Part shown: positions 20,081-30,823 of the stretch, piece by piece
Layout: every line of letters begins with the position of its first letter
Position numbering within the stretch: the stretch's first letter is position 1
Assembly (NCBI GenBank): GCA_900318885.1
Contig: ONMN01000001.1
Location: 93,068-157,067 of the forward strand
Direction of reading: 5' to 3'
From: an uncultured Prevotellaceae bacterium
GTDB taxonomy: Bacteria > Bacteroidota > Bacteroidia > Bacteroidales > Bacteroidaceae
DNA length: 64,000 bases
Translations under genes and position numbers: made by a program
The notes under the pieces: model-generated
Databases searched by the model: none
Told to the model about the DNA's origin: nothing
What the model saw: the letters and a program-made list of their open reading frames with translations, nothing else

Positions 20081-20138
20081 CAAAATTACGAAATCTTTCT
20101 TAATAATTTGGTTTTTTACGTAGTTATTTGTATCTTTG
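20081..20138. promoter_or_regulatory. Divergent promoter pair (pdxB / DUF4254 operon)
   Basis: TAATTTTG on minus (20081..20088) and TATCTTTG on plus (20131..20138). Confidence 0.65.
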
Positions 20139-20158
20139 CAGACAAAACAATCAAAACT

Positions 20159-20761
20159 ATGACATTTACAGAACAAGCCAATCAGATTTTCAAGCAGGCG
20201 ATACGCGATTATCACCTGAAGGATCACGTAGATACCCCCATCAATAATCCCTACAAGACAGGCACCATTGAGCACAGTCTCTACCTGAAGTGTTGGATTG
20301 ATACCGTTCAGTGGCATCTGGAGGATATCATCCGCGATCCACACATCGACCCAGCAGAAGCTTTGGGATTGAAGCGTCGCATTGACCGTTCGAATCAGGA
20401 CCGTACGGACTTGGTAGAAGAAATCGATTCTTACTTCCGTCAGACATATAGCGAGGTGAAACCCTTGCCCGAGGCACGTCTCAACACTGAGAGTCCTGCC
20501 TGGGCGGTTGATCGTCTGAGCATTCTGGCTCTGAAGATCTGGCACATGCAGGAACAGACAGAGCGCAAGGATGCTGATGCTGCTCACCTGCAGAAGTGTC
20601 AGGCTAAGCTCGACGTATTGCTCGAACAGCAAGTAGACCTCTCGACGGCTATCGACCAGCTGTTGGAAGATATCGAGGCTGGACGCAAATACATGAAGGT
20701 TTATCGCCAGATGAAGATGTATAACGACCCAAGCACCAATCCGATACTTTATAAGAAGTAA
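20159..20761 (+). CDS. DUF4254-family protein
   Basis: WIDTVQWHLEDIIR, NQDRTDLVE, NTESPAWAVDRLSIL, YRQMKMYNDP; usual neighbour of GT9 in Bacteroidetes. Confidence 0.82.
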   Translation: MTFTEQANQIFKQAIRDYHLKDHVDTPINNPYKTGTIEHSLYLKCWIDTVQWHLEDIIRDPHIDPAEALGLKRRIDRSNQDRTDLVEEIDSYFRQTYSEVKPLPEARLNTESPAWAVDRLSILALKIWHMQEQTERKDADAAHLQKCQAKLDVLLEQQVDLSTAIDQLLEDIEAGRKYMKVYRQMKMYNDPSTNPILYKK

Positions 20762-20785
20762 GAGATGAGGGGTGAGAGGTAAGAT

Positions 20786-21862
20786 ATGAAGAAAGACCAC
20801 ATTCTTGTTATCCGCTTTTCTGCCTTAGGCGACGTGGCTATGGTCGTGCCTGTGGTGTATTCGCTGGCTAAACAGCATCCTGACATTCGCATCACGGTGC
20901 TCAGTCGTGCGCCATTCCGTCCGCTCTTCGAGAATCTGTCGCCCAATATTGGTTTTATGGGTGCCGACCTGAAGCGCGAATACAAAGGCATCAGGGGACT
21001 CAACGCCCTCTATCGTCGTCTGACTGCCAAGCAGTTTACGGCTATTGCAGACTTGCATAGTGTGTTGCGCTCAGAATTCCTGCGTCTACGCTTCAACATG
21101 AGCCGTTGCAGGGTGGAGCATATCAATAAACACCGTAAAGGTCGTCGCAAACTGACGTCCAACAACAACAAACAGCTCATCCAGCAACCCACACCCTTCC
21201 AGAACTATGTGGAAGTGTTCGAGCGTTTGGGCTATTCCATCAATATCCAGTTTACCAGCATTTTCGCCACTTCGCCTACGGGCAAAGGAGACCTCTCGTT
21301 GCTGCCTGAATCTATTCTCTCACCTCTCACCTCTCACCCCTCACCTCTAATTGGCATTGCACCCTTTGCGGCCCACGAGGGGAAAATCTACCCCACCCCA
21401 TTGATGCACGAGGTCATTCGCCAATTGACACAACAGCATCCCAAGGCGCGCATCTTCCTCTTTGGACGAGGCGAGAAGGAGAACCAGCACTTCACAGAGT
21501 GGTGCAAGGAATTCCCCACCTGCGTTTTCGTCAGCCAACATTTACAGTCGATGAGCGAGGAACTCATCCTCATGAGCCACCTCGACGTCATGCTCTCGAT
21601 GGACTCCGCCAATATGCACCTGGCTTCGCTGACTGGCATTCCCGTCGTCAGCATCTGGGGAGCAACGCATCCCTTTGCAGGTTTTATGGGTTGGAACCAA
21701 ACAAAAGACAATGCCGTTCAGGCAGACCTCGACTGTCGTCCCTGCAGCATCTTCGGACAGAAGCCCTGCAAACGTGGCGACTATGCCTGTATGACAATGA
21801 TAAAACCAGAAACTGTCGTTGAGAAAGTCAACACCCTTTTACAAACTAAACAAAACAATTAA
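20786..21862 (+). CDS. GT9 glycosyltransferase (heptosyltransferase family)
   Basis: [36 protein letters not shown]. Confidence 0.9.
   Translation: MKKDHILVIRFSALGDVAMVVPVVYSLAKQHPDIRITVLSRAPFRPLFENLSPNIGFMGADLKREYKGIRGLNALYRRLTAKQFTAIADLHSVLRSEFLRLRFNMSRCRVEHINKHRKGRRKLTSNNNKQLIQQPTPFQNYVEVFERLGYSINIQFTSIFATSPTGKGDLSLLPESILSPLTSHPSPLIGIAPFAAHEGKIYPTPLMHEVIRQLTQQHPKARIFLFGRGEKENQHFTEWCKEFPTCVFVSQHLQSMSEELILMSHLDVMLSMDSANMHLASLTGIPVVSIWGATHPFAGFMGWNQTKDNAVQADLDCRPCSIFGQKPCKRGDYACMTMIKPETVVEKVNTLLQTKQNN
21317..21348. repeat. Heptamer tandem repeat (CTCTCAC)4 inside GT9
   Basis: ctctcac ctctcac ctctcac ccctcac ctct; encodes [11 protein letters not shown]. Confidence 0.85.
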
Positions 21863-21866
21863 GCTT

Positions 21867-22028
21867 ATGAAAAAGTACATCTGCGAAACCTGTGGTTACG
21901 TGTATGACCCAGAAGTAGGCGATCCCGATAGCGGTATCGCTCCAGGCACAGCCTTTGAAGACATTCCCGAAGATTGGGTTTGCCCCGTCTGCGGAGTAGG
22001 CAAGGACGACTTCTCACCTGAGGAGTAA
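21867..22028 (+). CDS. Rubredoxin
   Basis: [10 protein letters not shown]...WVCPVCG, 53 aa. Confidence 0.95.
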   Translation: MKKYICETCGYVYDPEVGDPDSGIAPGTAFEDIPEDWVCPVCGVGKDDFSPEE

Positions 22029-22035
22029 AAGTAGT

Positions 22036-22119
22036 AAACAAAGGCGTTGATTTATCAAACAATGCCTTTGATTTAATAAACAACGCCTTTGTTTTAACAA
22101 ACATTGGCGTTGTTTTAAC
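22036..22119. repeat. 21-bp x4 satellite of self-palindromic units
   Basis: Units start at 22036, 22057, 22078, 22099 (e.g. aaacaatgcctttgatttaat). Confidence 0.85.
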
Positions 22120-22203
22120 TTTACCTCCAAGCAAAAGAATTTTTAGGTACGCCTTAAAGACCTTTTTACTGCGGGCATCCAACTTTTTCCCTACGTGCAG
22201 ACT

Positions 22204-23484
22204 TTATAAGCCCGTATAGTGTCCGATGAAGAAGATGGCGCCAGTCGACTGTTCGCTGATAATATAGATAAACGGATGGTCTGCGTGGAAGTTGACGTGA
22301 ATGGGCTCGCTGGGGGTTACAGAGTTCTTCATTTCTATCACAGTCACTGCTGCTGCCTCCGTTCCCTCCTCGCTGACCTTGATGCGCGCCACTTGTTTCA
22401 TCAGTCCGATAAAGGTGGGCACATTACAAAAATCAGGAAACTCGGCACTTACTGTAAATGCTTTTGGCATTCCCAAACGGCTCATGATTTTAACGAGGTC
22501 AAGGTCTGTGTTTGTCTCAAAGCGAGGCAACTTTACGTCAACGGTAGCACCTCCTGAAGGCACACCGCTCTTCCACATGCTTTTCCAGCTTTCTGATGTC
22601 AAACTTTGCGCAATATCGTAGGTGGTCTTTCCATCTTTAGGCAACAGAATGGTCATACTATAGGCCCCGTTGCCGTATGGCAATTGCAAGGCCTCATAGT
22701 CGCCTTTGTCAGCGTAAAGGAACTCTTGCTCCATATGCATCATGGGAACATTCTTGCCAGTAGACTTAAACGCTTCCTCTTTGGTTTCTTCCTTTTTGAA
22801 CTGCACTTCCCACGTGCCTTTGAAGTAGATGGCGTTTAGCAGATAGCTGACTGCACCAGGATTGAACTCATCCTCACTGAGCACCTCTTCTATCATCTTT
22901 TCCGTATGGTCGCTGGCCCATTGGTTGATGACGTCCCGCGTCTTACCATCAGCGAAGTCGCGCGTCTCGGGCTGGGCATTATAGTAGTCATTGGCCTTCT
23001 CGACAAAGACGGGGTTCAGCGTGTAGTCTTTGTTCACGTAGATGTTGTTTGCTATTTGCACCTTCGTCAGCTTGTCCAAGTGAAGCGCCTCCGTCAGCAT
23101 CTTCTTGCAGAAGGCATTCACCTCGTCAGCGTTGTCGAAGCCCAGCACCTTGTTGATTTGCTGTTGCGTCTCACCTGCAGCGCCGTTGTTCAGCATTCCC
23201 AAGGCGTAGGTAATGCTGATAGGCGAGAGGATGGTGCCCTTCTCAGGCTCTTGTCCTGCAGGTTCGCTGGGTACACGAGGACCTGCTAAGCGAAACAGGT
23301 TGAAGGCGAAGTCGTTGTTGCTCGTCACCAACTGCTGTTCTGCTTGCGTCAGACTGATGGGCGTCTGTTCGTTATTCTCTGGATTAACGATGGGCTCGTC
23401 AATTTCACTCAGTTCATCACCATCGCTACTACACGCTGTCATCATCATCAGGGCGACAGCAGCCCAAAGCATTTTATGTCTCAT
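22204..23484 (-). CDS. Serpin family lipoprotein
   Basis: Lipobox MTAC; SPISI, LLNAIYFKGTW, hinge VSEEGTEAAAVT, FHADHPFIYII...IFFIG. Confidence 0.93.
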   Translation of the reverse strand: MRHKMLWAAVALMMMTACSSDGDELSEIDEPIVNPENNEQTPISLTQAEQQLVTSNNDFAFNLFRLAGPRVPSEPAGQEPEKGTILSPISITYALGMLNNGAAGETQQQINKVLGFDNADEVNAFCKKMLTEALHLDKLTKVQIANNIYVNKDYTLNPVFVEKANDYYNAQPETRDFADGKTRDVINQWASDHTEKMIEEVLSEDEFNPGAVSYLLNAIYFKGTWEVQFKKEETKEEAFKSTGKNVPMMHMEQEFLYADKGDYEALQLPYGNGAYSMTILLPKDGKTTYDIAQSLTSESWKSMWKSGVPSGGATVDVKLPRFETNTDLDLVKIMSRLGMPKAFTVSAEFPDFCNVPTFIGLMKQVARIKVSEEGTEAAAVTVIEMKNSVTPSEPIHVNFHADHPFIYIISEQSTGAIFFIGHYTGL

Positions 23485-23515
23485 ATCGTTTGCAAAGTTA
23501 AAGCGTTTTCTACCA

Positions 23516-23614
23516 ATAAAACACGCAAAAAGCAAAAACCTTGCATGAGGAAGGGTTAAATAATCTTAATCCTCTGCGCTTTCGTGCAAGGTTTCGCTGT
23601 CTTCCGTGTTTTAT
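23516..23614. promoter_or_regulatory. Mirror-image pair of putative ECF-sigma promoters
   Basis: TGCAAGGTTT-N10-CGTGTTTTAT on minus (23545..23516) and on plus (23585..23614). Confidence 0.7.
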
Positions 23615-23641
23615 CATTAGAACACGTAAACAATTAAAGAT

Positions 23642-24262
23642 ATGAAACACGTTGTAATGTTATTCGCACTCCTGCTGACGTTTGGACTGCTGGTTGCCTG
23701 TGGTAAAGACGACCCGGATGATTTGTACAATAATCCTGGGGCAGGATTCAATAAAAACAATGACAACTCCAATTCAAATGACTCTATTCAGTATCCTACT
23801 TACGAAGCTAACTGGGTACTGGATCGTCAGGTGATAGACAAGACGGTGATGAGGAATATCAACAACCAACGTTTGGAGATAGCGCACATGCCAAACGAAG
23901 TGCTTTTACAGCATTTGCTCACCAACGAACAACAAAACCTTCCCATTGAACAGCTTGAATGCGTTTATTATACTTTCGTAAACTTTGGATACAATGCTGC
24001 AACGTTTTACAATAACTCCACAAACGCCATAAGCGATGAAAGGAAGTATCTTGTAGAGATTAATAAGCAAACATATCAAGTTGGGATTGATGAGGGTCAG
24101 GTTGGAGGAACTTATAATCAGAACACCGACCAATGGACTCTGGAATGGAAAATCAAAAAGGTCAGCATATATAATGAATGGGATTCGCTCGCCGAAATCA
24201 AGGACTGGACCTTCGACCCTGAGCTGACGCTGATACTTATTAGTACGAAACGACTGAACTAA
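23642..24262 (+). CDS. Hypothetical lipoprotein
   Basis: Lipobox LVAC followed by acidic GKDDPDD; first gene of the ECF operon. Confidence 0.75.
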   Translation: MKHVVMLFALLLTFGLLVACGKDDPDDLYNNPGAGFNKNNDNSNSNDSIQYPTYEANWVLDRQVIDKTVMRNINNQRLEIAHMPNEVLLQHLLTNEQQNLPIEQLECVYYTFVNFGYNAATFYNNSTNAISDERKYLVEINKQTYQVGIDEGQVGGTYNQNTDQWTLEWKIKKVSIYNEWDSLAEIKDWTFDPELTLILISTKRLN

Positions 24263-24272
24263 GAGAGAGACC

Positions 24273-24818
24273 GTGGAAACGGAGCAGGAACTGTTGGACG
24301 CGATACGAGGCGGAGAACGGGAGGCAAAGCGTCGCCTCTACGAACGCTACAAAGGGCTTGCTATGGCCATCGTCCAGCGCTATGTTGCTGACTATGAGGA
24401 CGTTCGCGACGTCGTGCAAGACGCGTTCATCAAGATACTGACCTCGTTGGATGGTTTCCGCTTTCAGGGCGAAGGGACGCTGAAGGCCTGGGTCAGCAGC
24501 ATTGTGGTTCATGAAGCTATCAACCATGTCAGGAGTCACGAACGTATGAGGCTGACGGATCGGTTGCCTGACGAACCTGACGACGAAGAAGAGCCTGACG
24601 TAGGGCGCGTGCCCCAAGCGGTGCTCAACAGGTTGATAAGCCAATTGCCCCCAGGCTATAGAATGGTGCTAAACCTGTACGTGTTCGAGCAACTATCACA
24701 CAAAGAGATAGCCCGCCTGTTAGGCATCACGCCTGGAACCTCTGCCTCGCAATACGCAAGAGCCAAACAAGAGCTCGCCAAACATATTAACAATTATCTA
24801 AAGAACAACAAGCTATGA
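24273..24818 (+). CDS. ECF-type RNA polymerase sigma factor
   Basis: DVVQDAFIKI (region 2), LPPGYRMVLNLYVFEQLSHKEIARLLGI (region 4). Confidence 0.93.
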   Translation: METEQELLDAIRGGEREAKRRLYERYKGLAMAIVQRYVADYEDVRDVVQDAFIKILTSLDGFRFQGEGTLKAWVSSIVVHEAINHVRSHERMRLTDRLPDEPDDEEEPDVGRVPQAVLNRLISQLPPGYRMVLNLYVFEQLSHKEIARLLGITPGTSASQYARAKQELAKHINNYLKNNKL

Positions 24819-26041
24819 CGAAGAAAGACTGGACAGAACAACTCCGCGAGCGACTGGCTGACTACGAGGCAGACGCGCCAGAGGGATTGTGGGCGGACAT
24901 TGAACGTCGTCTGGCCCAACAGCCAACAAGCGTCGTAGCACCCCAAAAACAGAAAAGCACCGTAACACCCCTTTGGCGACGCTGGATGAACATTGCCGCC
25001 CTCGTGGCTCTGGTCGCAGGTATTGGTTGGTGGCTCTGGCCCAAGGAACAAACGCAGAAGGAACCGCTTGCAAAAAAAGAGCAAACACAGAACGAAGCGC
25101 TTGCAAAAAAGGAACAAACACAAAGCAAGCCTCTGGCAAAGCATGAGGCGGAGCTTAGAGAGTCACCAGTCCGTACGGGACGGACTGAGAGTTCGCTCCT
25201 TACGGAAAAAAAGTTCGCTCCCTACGGAAAAAAAGTTCGCATTAATCAAACAGACAGCAACATCCTATCTCCAAATCATGCCCCTGCTGACAACCAAGCA
25301 GAGACAGAGTGGGCTGAGGTTCGGCCTCAGCCTCAACGCCCCTCTCCCCTCCCCTCGCCCACTAAGAACCACAAGGGCATTACAATAGGCCTCATGGCTA
25401 ATAACGGCCTCTTGGCCTACAACCACACCAACGGAGTGATGATGAGCCCAGAGATGGCCAGTCGCTACGACTTTAGCGACTATCTGCCCCCTGGTAGCAC
25501 TCGCGCTACGGAGGAGCCCATCTGGCTCATTGGTTATGAGGAGCGCCAGCATCACGACCATCCCATCTCGTTTGGTCTGACCCTCAGCTATCCCCTGACG
25601 AATCGCTGGACGCTAAGCACAGGTCTCGTCTATACGCGTCTGAATTCGCAGTTTGTCAACGTCCTAAGCGGCACGCCTATCACTACCGATCAGCGTCTCG
25701 ACTATCTGGGCGTTCCTCTTAACGTACAGTATCACGTGCTGAAGGGCAAGGGTTGGAAGGCCTACGCCTCAGCTGGCGCACAACTCGACTGGAACATCAA
25801 GGCCAAAAGAAATACCGAAGGAGTCGACGTCAACGCCAGAAACGACCATCCGCAGTGGTCGCTGGCTGGAGGCATTGGCATAGAATACGACATCATCCCC
25901 CTCGTGGGCATCTATGCTGAACCTGGCCTGCGCTACTATCTGAAGAACGATAGCAAGGTGGACAACTTCTTCAAAGACCAGCCATTTAACTGGACCTTAC
26001 AGATAGGAATCAGGCTGAATTTGGGGAAAGAGGGTAAATAA
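24815..26041 (+). CDS. Anti-sigma factor with TM helix, linker and C-terminal outer-membrane beta-barrel (Dma/Reo-like)
   Basis: N-terminal LADYEADAPEGLWADIERRL, one TM segment, low-complexity linker, amphipathic strands ending TLQIGIRLNL; overlaps the ECF stop codon. Confidence 0.75.
   Translation: MTKKDWTEQLRERLADYEADAPEGLWADIERRLAQQPTSVVAPQKQKSTVTPLWRRWMNIAALVALVAGIGWWLWPKEQTQKEPLAKKEQTQNEALAKKEQTQSKPLAKHEAELRESPVRTGRTESSLLTEKKFAPYGKKVRINQTDSNILSPNHAPADNQAETEWAEVRPQPQRPSPLPSPTKNHKGITIGLMANNGLLAYNHTNGVMMSPEMASRYDFSDYLPPGSTRATEEPIWLIGYEERQHHDHPISFGLTLSYPLTNRWTLSTGLVYTRLNSQFVNVLSGTPITTDQRLDYLGVPLNVQYHVLKGKGWKAYASAGAQLDWNIKAKRNTEGVDVNARNDHPQWSLAGGIGIEYDIIPLVGIYAEPGLRYYLKNDSKVDNFFKDQPFNWTLQIGIRLNLGKEGK
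25043..25141 (+). repeat. 33-bp x3 coding repeat (KEQTQxxxLAK)
   Basis: KEQTQKEPLAK KEQTQNEALAK KEQTQSKPLAK. Confidence 0.85.
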
Positions 26042-26114
26042 TTCATAATGGATAATGGATAATTGACAATTATTTTGTAATTTTGCACCCGAAAATAAAC
26101 GTTTATTAGAAAAG

Positions 26115-27215
26115 ATGTCATTAAAATGTGGTATTGTGGGACTGCCCAATGTGGGTAAGTCTACCTTGTTCAACTGCCTGTCGAGCGCAAAGGCACAGGC
26201 AGCAAATTTTCCTTTTTGTACGATAGAACCCAACGTGGGTGTGATTACCGTTCCTGACGAGCGACTGACGAAACTGGCAGAGCTCGTTCACCCAGGACGT
26301 ATCGTGCCTGCAACCTGCGAAATCGTTGATATTGCCGGCCTCGTAAAGGGTGCCTCGAAGGGTGAGGGCTTGGGCAACAAATTCCTTGGAAACATTCGCG
26401 AAACGGATGCCATTATCCACGTGTTGCGTTGTTTCGAGGACGAAAACATCACCCACGTAGATGGAACCATCGACCCCATTCGCGACAAGGAGATTATTGA
26501 TACGGAGCTGCAACTCAAGGACTTAGAGACCATCGAGAGCCGTTTGGCCAAGACGGAGAAGGCTGCTGCTGCAGGCAATAAGGAGGCGAAGATTGAGGTC
26601 GTTGTGCTCAAAGCCTACAAAGAGGTGCTGGAGCAAGGCAAGAATGCGCGTATCGTAGAATTCGAAAGCAAAGACGAGCAGGACTGTGCGCGTAATCTCT
26701 TTTTGCTGACAGCCAAGCCTGTGCTGTATGTTTGCAATGTGGGCGAGGCTGATGCGAAGAGCGGTAACGCCTTCACGCAAAAGGTTGAGGCACTCGCTAA
26801 GGAAGAAGGTGCTGAAGCCATGATTATCGCTGCCAAGACGGAAGAGGATATCGCAGAGCTCGAGAGCTACGAAGACAAGCAGCTTTTCTTGGAGGAGCTG
26901 GGCTTAGAAGAAAGTGGTGTAAACCGCCTCATCAAGAAAGCTTACGCCCTGTTGAACCTTGAAACCTTCATTACCGCTGGTGAAATGGAGGTGAAGGCGT
27001 GGACATATAAGAAGGGTTGGAAGGCTCCCCAGTGCGCTGGCGTTATTCATACCGACTTCGAGAAGGGCTTCATCCGCGCTGAGGTTATCAAGTACGACGA
27101 TTACATCCAGTATGGCTCTGAAGCCGCTGTCCGCGAAGCAGGCAAGATGGGCATTGAAGGTAAGGACTATGTCGTGCAGGACGGTGATATTATGCACTTC
27201 CGCTTCAACGTCTAA
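26115..27215 (+). CDS. ychF: Ribosome-binding ATPase YchF
   Basis: GLPNVGKST, NFPFCTIEPN, DIAGLV, TGS domain ending HFRFNV. Confidence 0.97.
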   Translation: MSLKCGIVGLPNVGKSTLFNCLSSAKAQAANFPFCTIEPNVGVITVPDERLTKLAELVHPGRIVPATCEIVDIAGLVKGASKGEGLGNKFLGNIRETDAIIHVLRCFEDENITHVDGTIDPIRDKEIIDTELQLKDLETIESRLAKTEKAAAAGNKEAKIEVVVLKAYKEVLEQGKNARIVEFESKDEQDCARNLFLLTAKPVLYVCNVGEADAKSGNAFTQKVEALAKEEGAEAMIIAAKTEEDIAELESYEDKQLFLEELGLEESGVNRLIKKAYALLNLETFITAGEMEVKAWTYKKGWKAPQCAGVIHTDFEKGFIRAEVIKYDDYIQYGSEAAVREAGKMGIEGKDYVVQDGDIMHFRFNV

Positions 27216-27259
27216 CGTTGAACATTGAACATTGAACGTTGAACGACAAATGCTGAACT

Positions 27260-28075
27260 ATGAACGAATTATTGTATATTAACTGGAATCCGAGTGTGGA
27301 GTTTGGACCGTTTAGATGGTACGGATTGTGCTGGCTGGTGGGGTTGGCGCTGGCCTATCTCATCGTCAAACGACTCTATAAGGAACAAAAAATCAAGGAC
27401 GAGCTGTTCGACCCCCTGTTCTTCTATTGCTTCATCGGCATCCTGTTAGGAGCGCGTCTGGGTCATTGCATCTTCTACGAGCCGGACTACTTTCTGACGT
27501 CGTTCAAGGGCTTTGTCGAGATGTTCATCCCCATTCGCTTTTTGGAAGACGGAGGTTGGAAGTTTGTGGGCTATCAGGGCCTTGCGTCGCATGGAGGTAC
27601 GTTGGGCTTGATTATCGCCCTGTGGCTCTACGTCAAGCATACTAAGCTCAGCATCTGGACGGTATTGGACAATATCGCCATTGCTACAGGAACTACAGCG
27701 TGCTTCATCCGCTTGGGCAACCTCATGAACTCAGAAATTATCGGTAAGGTGACGGACGTTCCCTGGGCCTTTATCTTCGAGCGTGTCGATATGTTTCCTC
27801 GCCATCCAGGCCAGCTCTACGAGGCGATTGCCTACGCTATCTTGTTTGGCATTATGTGGTATCTCCACAAGCGAATGCCTGAGAAGATTGGCACAGGCTG
27901 GTACTTCGGATTCTGTCTGACGTATATCTTTACCTTCCGTTTCTTCATCGAATACACGAAGGAGATTCAGGAAGCTTTCGAGGCCTCTCTTCCACTCGAT
28001 ATGGGCCAGATTCTCTCGATTCCCTTCATCATCATTGGTGTAGTCTGTATGCTAAGGGCCAAGAGAAAAATATAA
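27260..28075 (+). CDS. lgt: Prolipoprotein diacylglyceryl transferase
   Basis: [33 protein letters not shown]. Confidence 0.95.
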   Translation: MNELLYINWNPSVEFGPFRWYGLCWLVGLALAYLIVKRLYKEQKIKDELFDPLFFYCFIGILLGARLGHCIFYEPDYFLTSFKGFVEMFIPIRFLEDGGWKFVGYQGLASHGGTLGLIIALWLYVKHTKLSIWTVLDNIAIATGTTACFIRLGNLMNSEIIGKVTDVPWAFIFERVDMFPRHPGQLYEAIAYAILFGIMWYLHKRMPEKIGTGWYFGFCLTYIFTFRFFIEYTKEIQEAFEASLPLDMGQILSIPFIIIGVVCMLRAKRKI

Positions 28076-28086
28076 TCATGTTTTTA

Positions 28087-28180
28087 TCAAGAATTAGAGA
28101 ATTAGAGAATTTTGGCTGCGCATAGTCATGAATCTCTAATTCTCTTTTTTAGATAAATTCTTAAATTCTCAAATTCTTGA
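28087..28180. repeat. Inverted pair of 9-mer arrays between convergent lgt and mutS
   Basis: tcaagaattagagaattagagaattt / aaattcttaaattctcaaattcttga. Confidence 0.7.
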
Positions 28181-30802
28181 TTATTTTCCTGAGACGATTT
28201 TTTTGATGTCATTGAGCTTGTTGAGGGCTTCGAGGGGCGTGAGGTTGTTGACATCGAGGCCTAAGATTTCGTCGCGGACTTGACAAAGGACGGGGTCATC
28301 CAATTGGAAGAAGGAGAGCTGCATTCCCTCGCGACTCTGGGCAATCTCCGCTGTGGGCTTGCCAACAGTTCCTACAGAAGCATTATCCGTTTCCAATTGC
28401 TTCAGAATGACGTTGGCGCGCTTGACAATGCTCTTAGGCATTCCAGAAATCTCTGCCACGTGGATACCAAACGAGTGCTCTGAACCACCCTTTTCCAGTT
28501 TACGCAGGAAGATGACTTTTCCTTCCACCTCGCGGACAGAGACGTTGTAGTTCTTGATGCGTTTGAAGTTCTTCTCCATCTCGTTCAGCTCGTGGTAGTG
28601 CGTCGCAAAGAGTGTACGAGCCTGAGCCTTGGGGTGTTCGTGCAGATACTCAACGATAGCCCACGCAATGGAGATGCCGTCATACGTCGAGGTGCCTCGT
28701 CCCAACTCGTCGAAGAGCACCAGCGAGCGAGGCGTCACATTATTTAATATATTTGCAGCCTCCGTCATTTCCACCATAAAGGTTGATTCGCCCAAGGAAA
28801 TATTGTCTGAGGCTCCTACCCTCGTGAAAATTTTGTCCACCAAACCAATTTTCGCGCTCTCTGCTGGCACGAAACATCCTATCTGCGCCAACAGTACGAT
28901 TAAGGCCGTTTGGCGCAAGAGAGCCGATTTACCAGCCATATTCGGACCAGTAATGATGATGATTTGCTGATGCTCTGAGTCAAGATAGATATCGTTTGGC
29001 ACGTAATGTTCGCCCAAAGGCAATTGCGTCTCAATGACAGGATGGCGACCCTGCTTGATTTCTATCACGTCACTGGCATCAATCACAGGACGCACGTAGT
29101 GGTTCTCTTCAGCCGTCTTGGCAGCACTCAGCAAACAGTCGAGATGGGCAATGACGTTGGCGTTGATCTGAATCTGAGGAATAAACTCCTGCATAGCCAG
29201 TACGAGGTCGTTGAACAGCTGTGCTTCGAGCGCGAGAATCTTATCCTCGGCACCCAGAATCTTCTCTTCGTATTCCTTCAGTTCCTGCGTGATATAACGC
29301 TCTGCCTGAGCCAGCGTCTGCTTGCGAACCCACTCCTGAGGCACTTTATCCTTATAGGTATTGCGCACCTCAAGGTAATAACCAAAGACGTTGTTATAGC
29401 CTATCTTCAGGCTCTGGATACCTGTCTCTTGGGCCTCACGCTCCTGAATCTGCAACAGATAGTCCTTACCACTATAAGCAATATGTCGCAGTTCATCCAG
29501 TTCTGCATTCACACCATCGCGAATCACGCCTCCCTTGGCAACAAGCTGTGGCGGGTCATTCTGAATCTCGCGTTCTATCCTGTCGCGAATGCTCTCGCAA
29601 AGATTCAGCTGCTCCCCTACCCTTTTCAGCGATTCGTTGTTGGCATAGAGACACGCTGTCTTGATGGGTTGGATAGCCTGCAGGGCCATCTTTAGCTGTA
29701 CCACCTCACGAGGCGACACGCGACCCACAGCGACCTTTGAAATGATGCGCTCCAAGTCACCCATACGATGCAGTTGGTCGTCAACACACTGGCGGAACTC
29801 TGGTTCGCGATAGTAATATTCCACAATATCCAAACGCTCGTTGATGGGCTTTTCATCCTTCAGCGGAAATACCAGCCAACGACGCAACATACGACCACCC
29901 ATAGGCGTCACCGTATGGTCAATGACGTTGAGCAACGACTTACCGTCGTCCTGCATAGGACTGAGCAATTCCAGCGAACGGACGGTAAACTTATCCAGAC
30001 GCACATAGCGCTCTTCCTCGATACGAGAGAGCGAAGTGATATGGGCAATCTGCGTGTGCAACGTCTGTTCCAGATATTGCAGGATAGCACCAGCTGCAAT
30101 GACACCACTCTTCAGATGATCAACGCCAAAACCCTTCAGCGACTTGACGTTGAAATGCTTGAAGAGTTTCTGATGGGCCGTCTGCTCCGTAAATACCCAG
30201 TCGTCCAGTTCAAAAGTCACGAGGCGATTGCCAAAGTAGCGTTCGAAGTCGTGTTTGCGCCCCCTGTCGTAGAGCACCTCCTTGGGTTGGAAATTGCCAA
30301 TGAGCTTCTCCACGTAATCGTAAGTACCCTCTCCTACCAGGAACTCACCCGTCGAGATATCCAGAAACGAAACGCCACAGGCCGCCTTGCCAAAATGTAC
30401 AGCCGAAAGGAAGTTGTTCTCCTTGTAGTTTAGCACGGTATCCTGCATAGCCACACCAGGCGTCACCAATTCCGTAATACCTCGTTTGACGAGCTTCTTC
30501 GTCAGCTTGGGGTCTTCCAACTGGTCGCAGATGGCCACACGCTTGCCAGCACGAATCAGTTTTGGCAGATAGGTGTCGAGGGCGTGATGGGGAAAACCAG
30601 CCATCTCGTCGCCCTTATTATAGCCATTATTCCTGTGAGTGAGCGTAATACCCAGTATCCGCGAAGCAATGACAGCATCCTCGCAATAGGTCTCGTAGAA
30701 GTCGCCACAACGAAACAGCAACAAGGCCTCAGGGTACTTTGCCTTGAAGTCAAAAAACTGTTTCATCATCGGAGTCAACTCCTTACCTTCCTTCGTTGCC
30801 AT
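28181..30802 (-). CDS. mutS: DNA mismatch repair protein MutS
   Basis: [34 protein letters not shown]; start at ATG 30802 (MATKEG). Confidence 0.97.
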   Translation of the reverse strand: MATKEGKELTPMMKQFFDFKAKYPEALLLFRCGDFYETYCEDAVIASRILGITLTHRNNGYNKGDEMAGFPHHALDTYLPKLIRAGKRVAICDQLEDPKLTKKLVKRGITELVTPGVAMQDTVLNYKENNFLSAVHFGKAACGVSFLDISTGEFLVGEGTYDYVEKLIGNFQPKEVLYDRGRKHDFERYFGNRLVTFELDDWVFTEQTAHQKLFKHFNVKSLKGFGVDHLKSGVIAAGAILQYLEQTLHTQIAHITSLSRIEEERYVRLDKFTVRSLELLSPMQDDGKSLLNVIDHTVTPMGGRMLRRWLVFPLKDEKPINERLDIVEYYYREPEFRQCVDDQLHRMGDLERIISKVAVGRVSPREVVQLKMALQAIQPIKTACLYANNESLKRVGEQLNLCESIRDRIEREIQNDPPQLVAKGGVIRDGVNAELDELRHIAYSGKDYLLQIQEREAQETGIQSLKIGYNNVFGYYLEVRNTYKDKVPQEWVRKQTLAQAERYITQELKEYEEKILGAEDKILALEAQLFNDLVLAMQEFIPQIQINANVIAHLDCLLSAAKTAEENHYVRPVIDASDVIEIKQGRHPVIETQLPLGEHYVPNDIYLDSEHQQIIIITGPNMAGKSALLRQTALIVLLAQIGCFVPAESAKIGLVDKIFTRVGASDNISLGESTFMVEMTEAANILNNVTPRSLVLFDELGRGTSTYDGISIAWAIVEYLHEHPKAQARTLFATHYHELNEMEKNFKRIKNYNVSVREVEGKVIFLRKLEKGGSEHSFGIHVAEISGMPKSIVKRANVILKQLETDNASVGTVGKPTAEIAQSREGMQLSFFQLDDPVLCQVRDEILGLDVNNLTPLEALNKLNDIKKIVSGK

Positions 30803-30823
30803 CTTACTTTTGAATTTGTTTGC

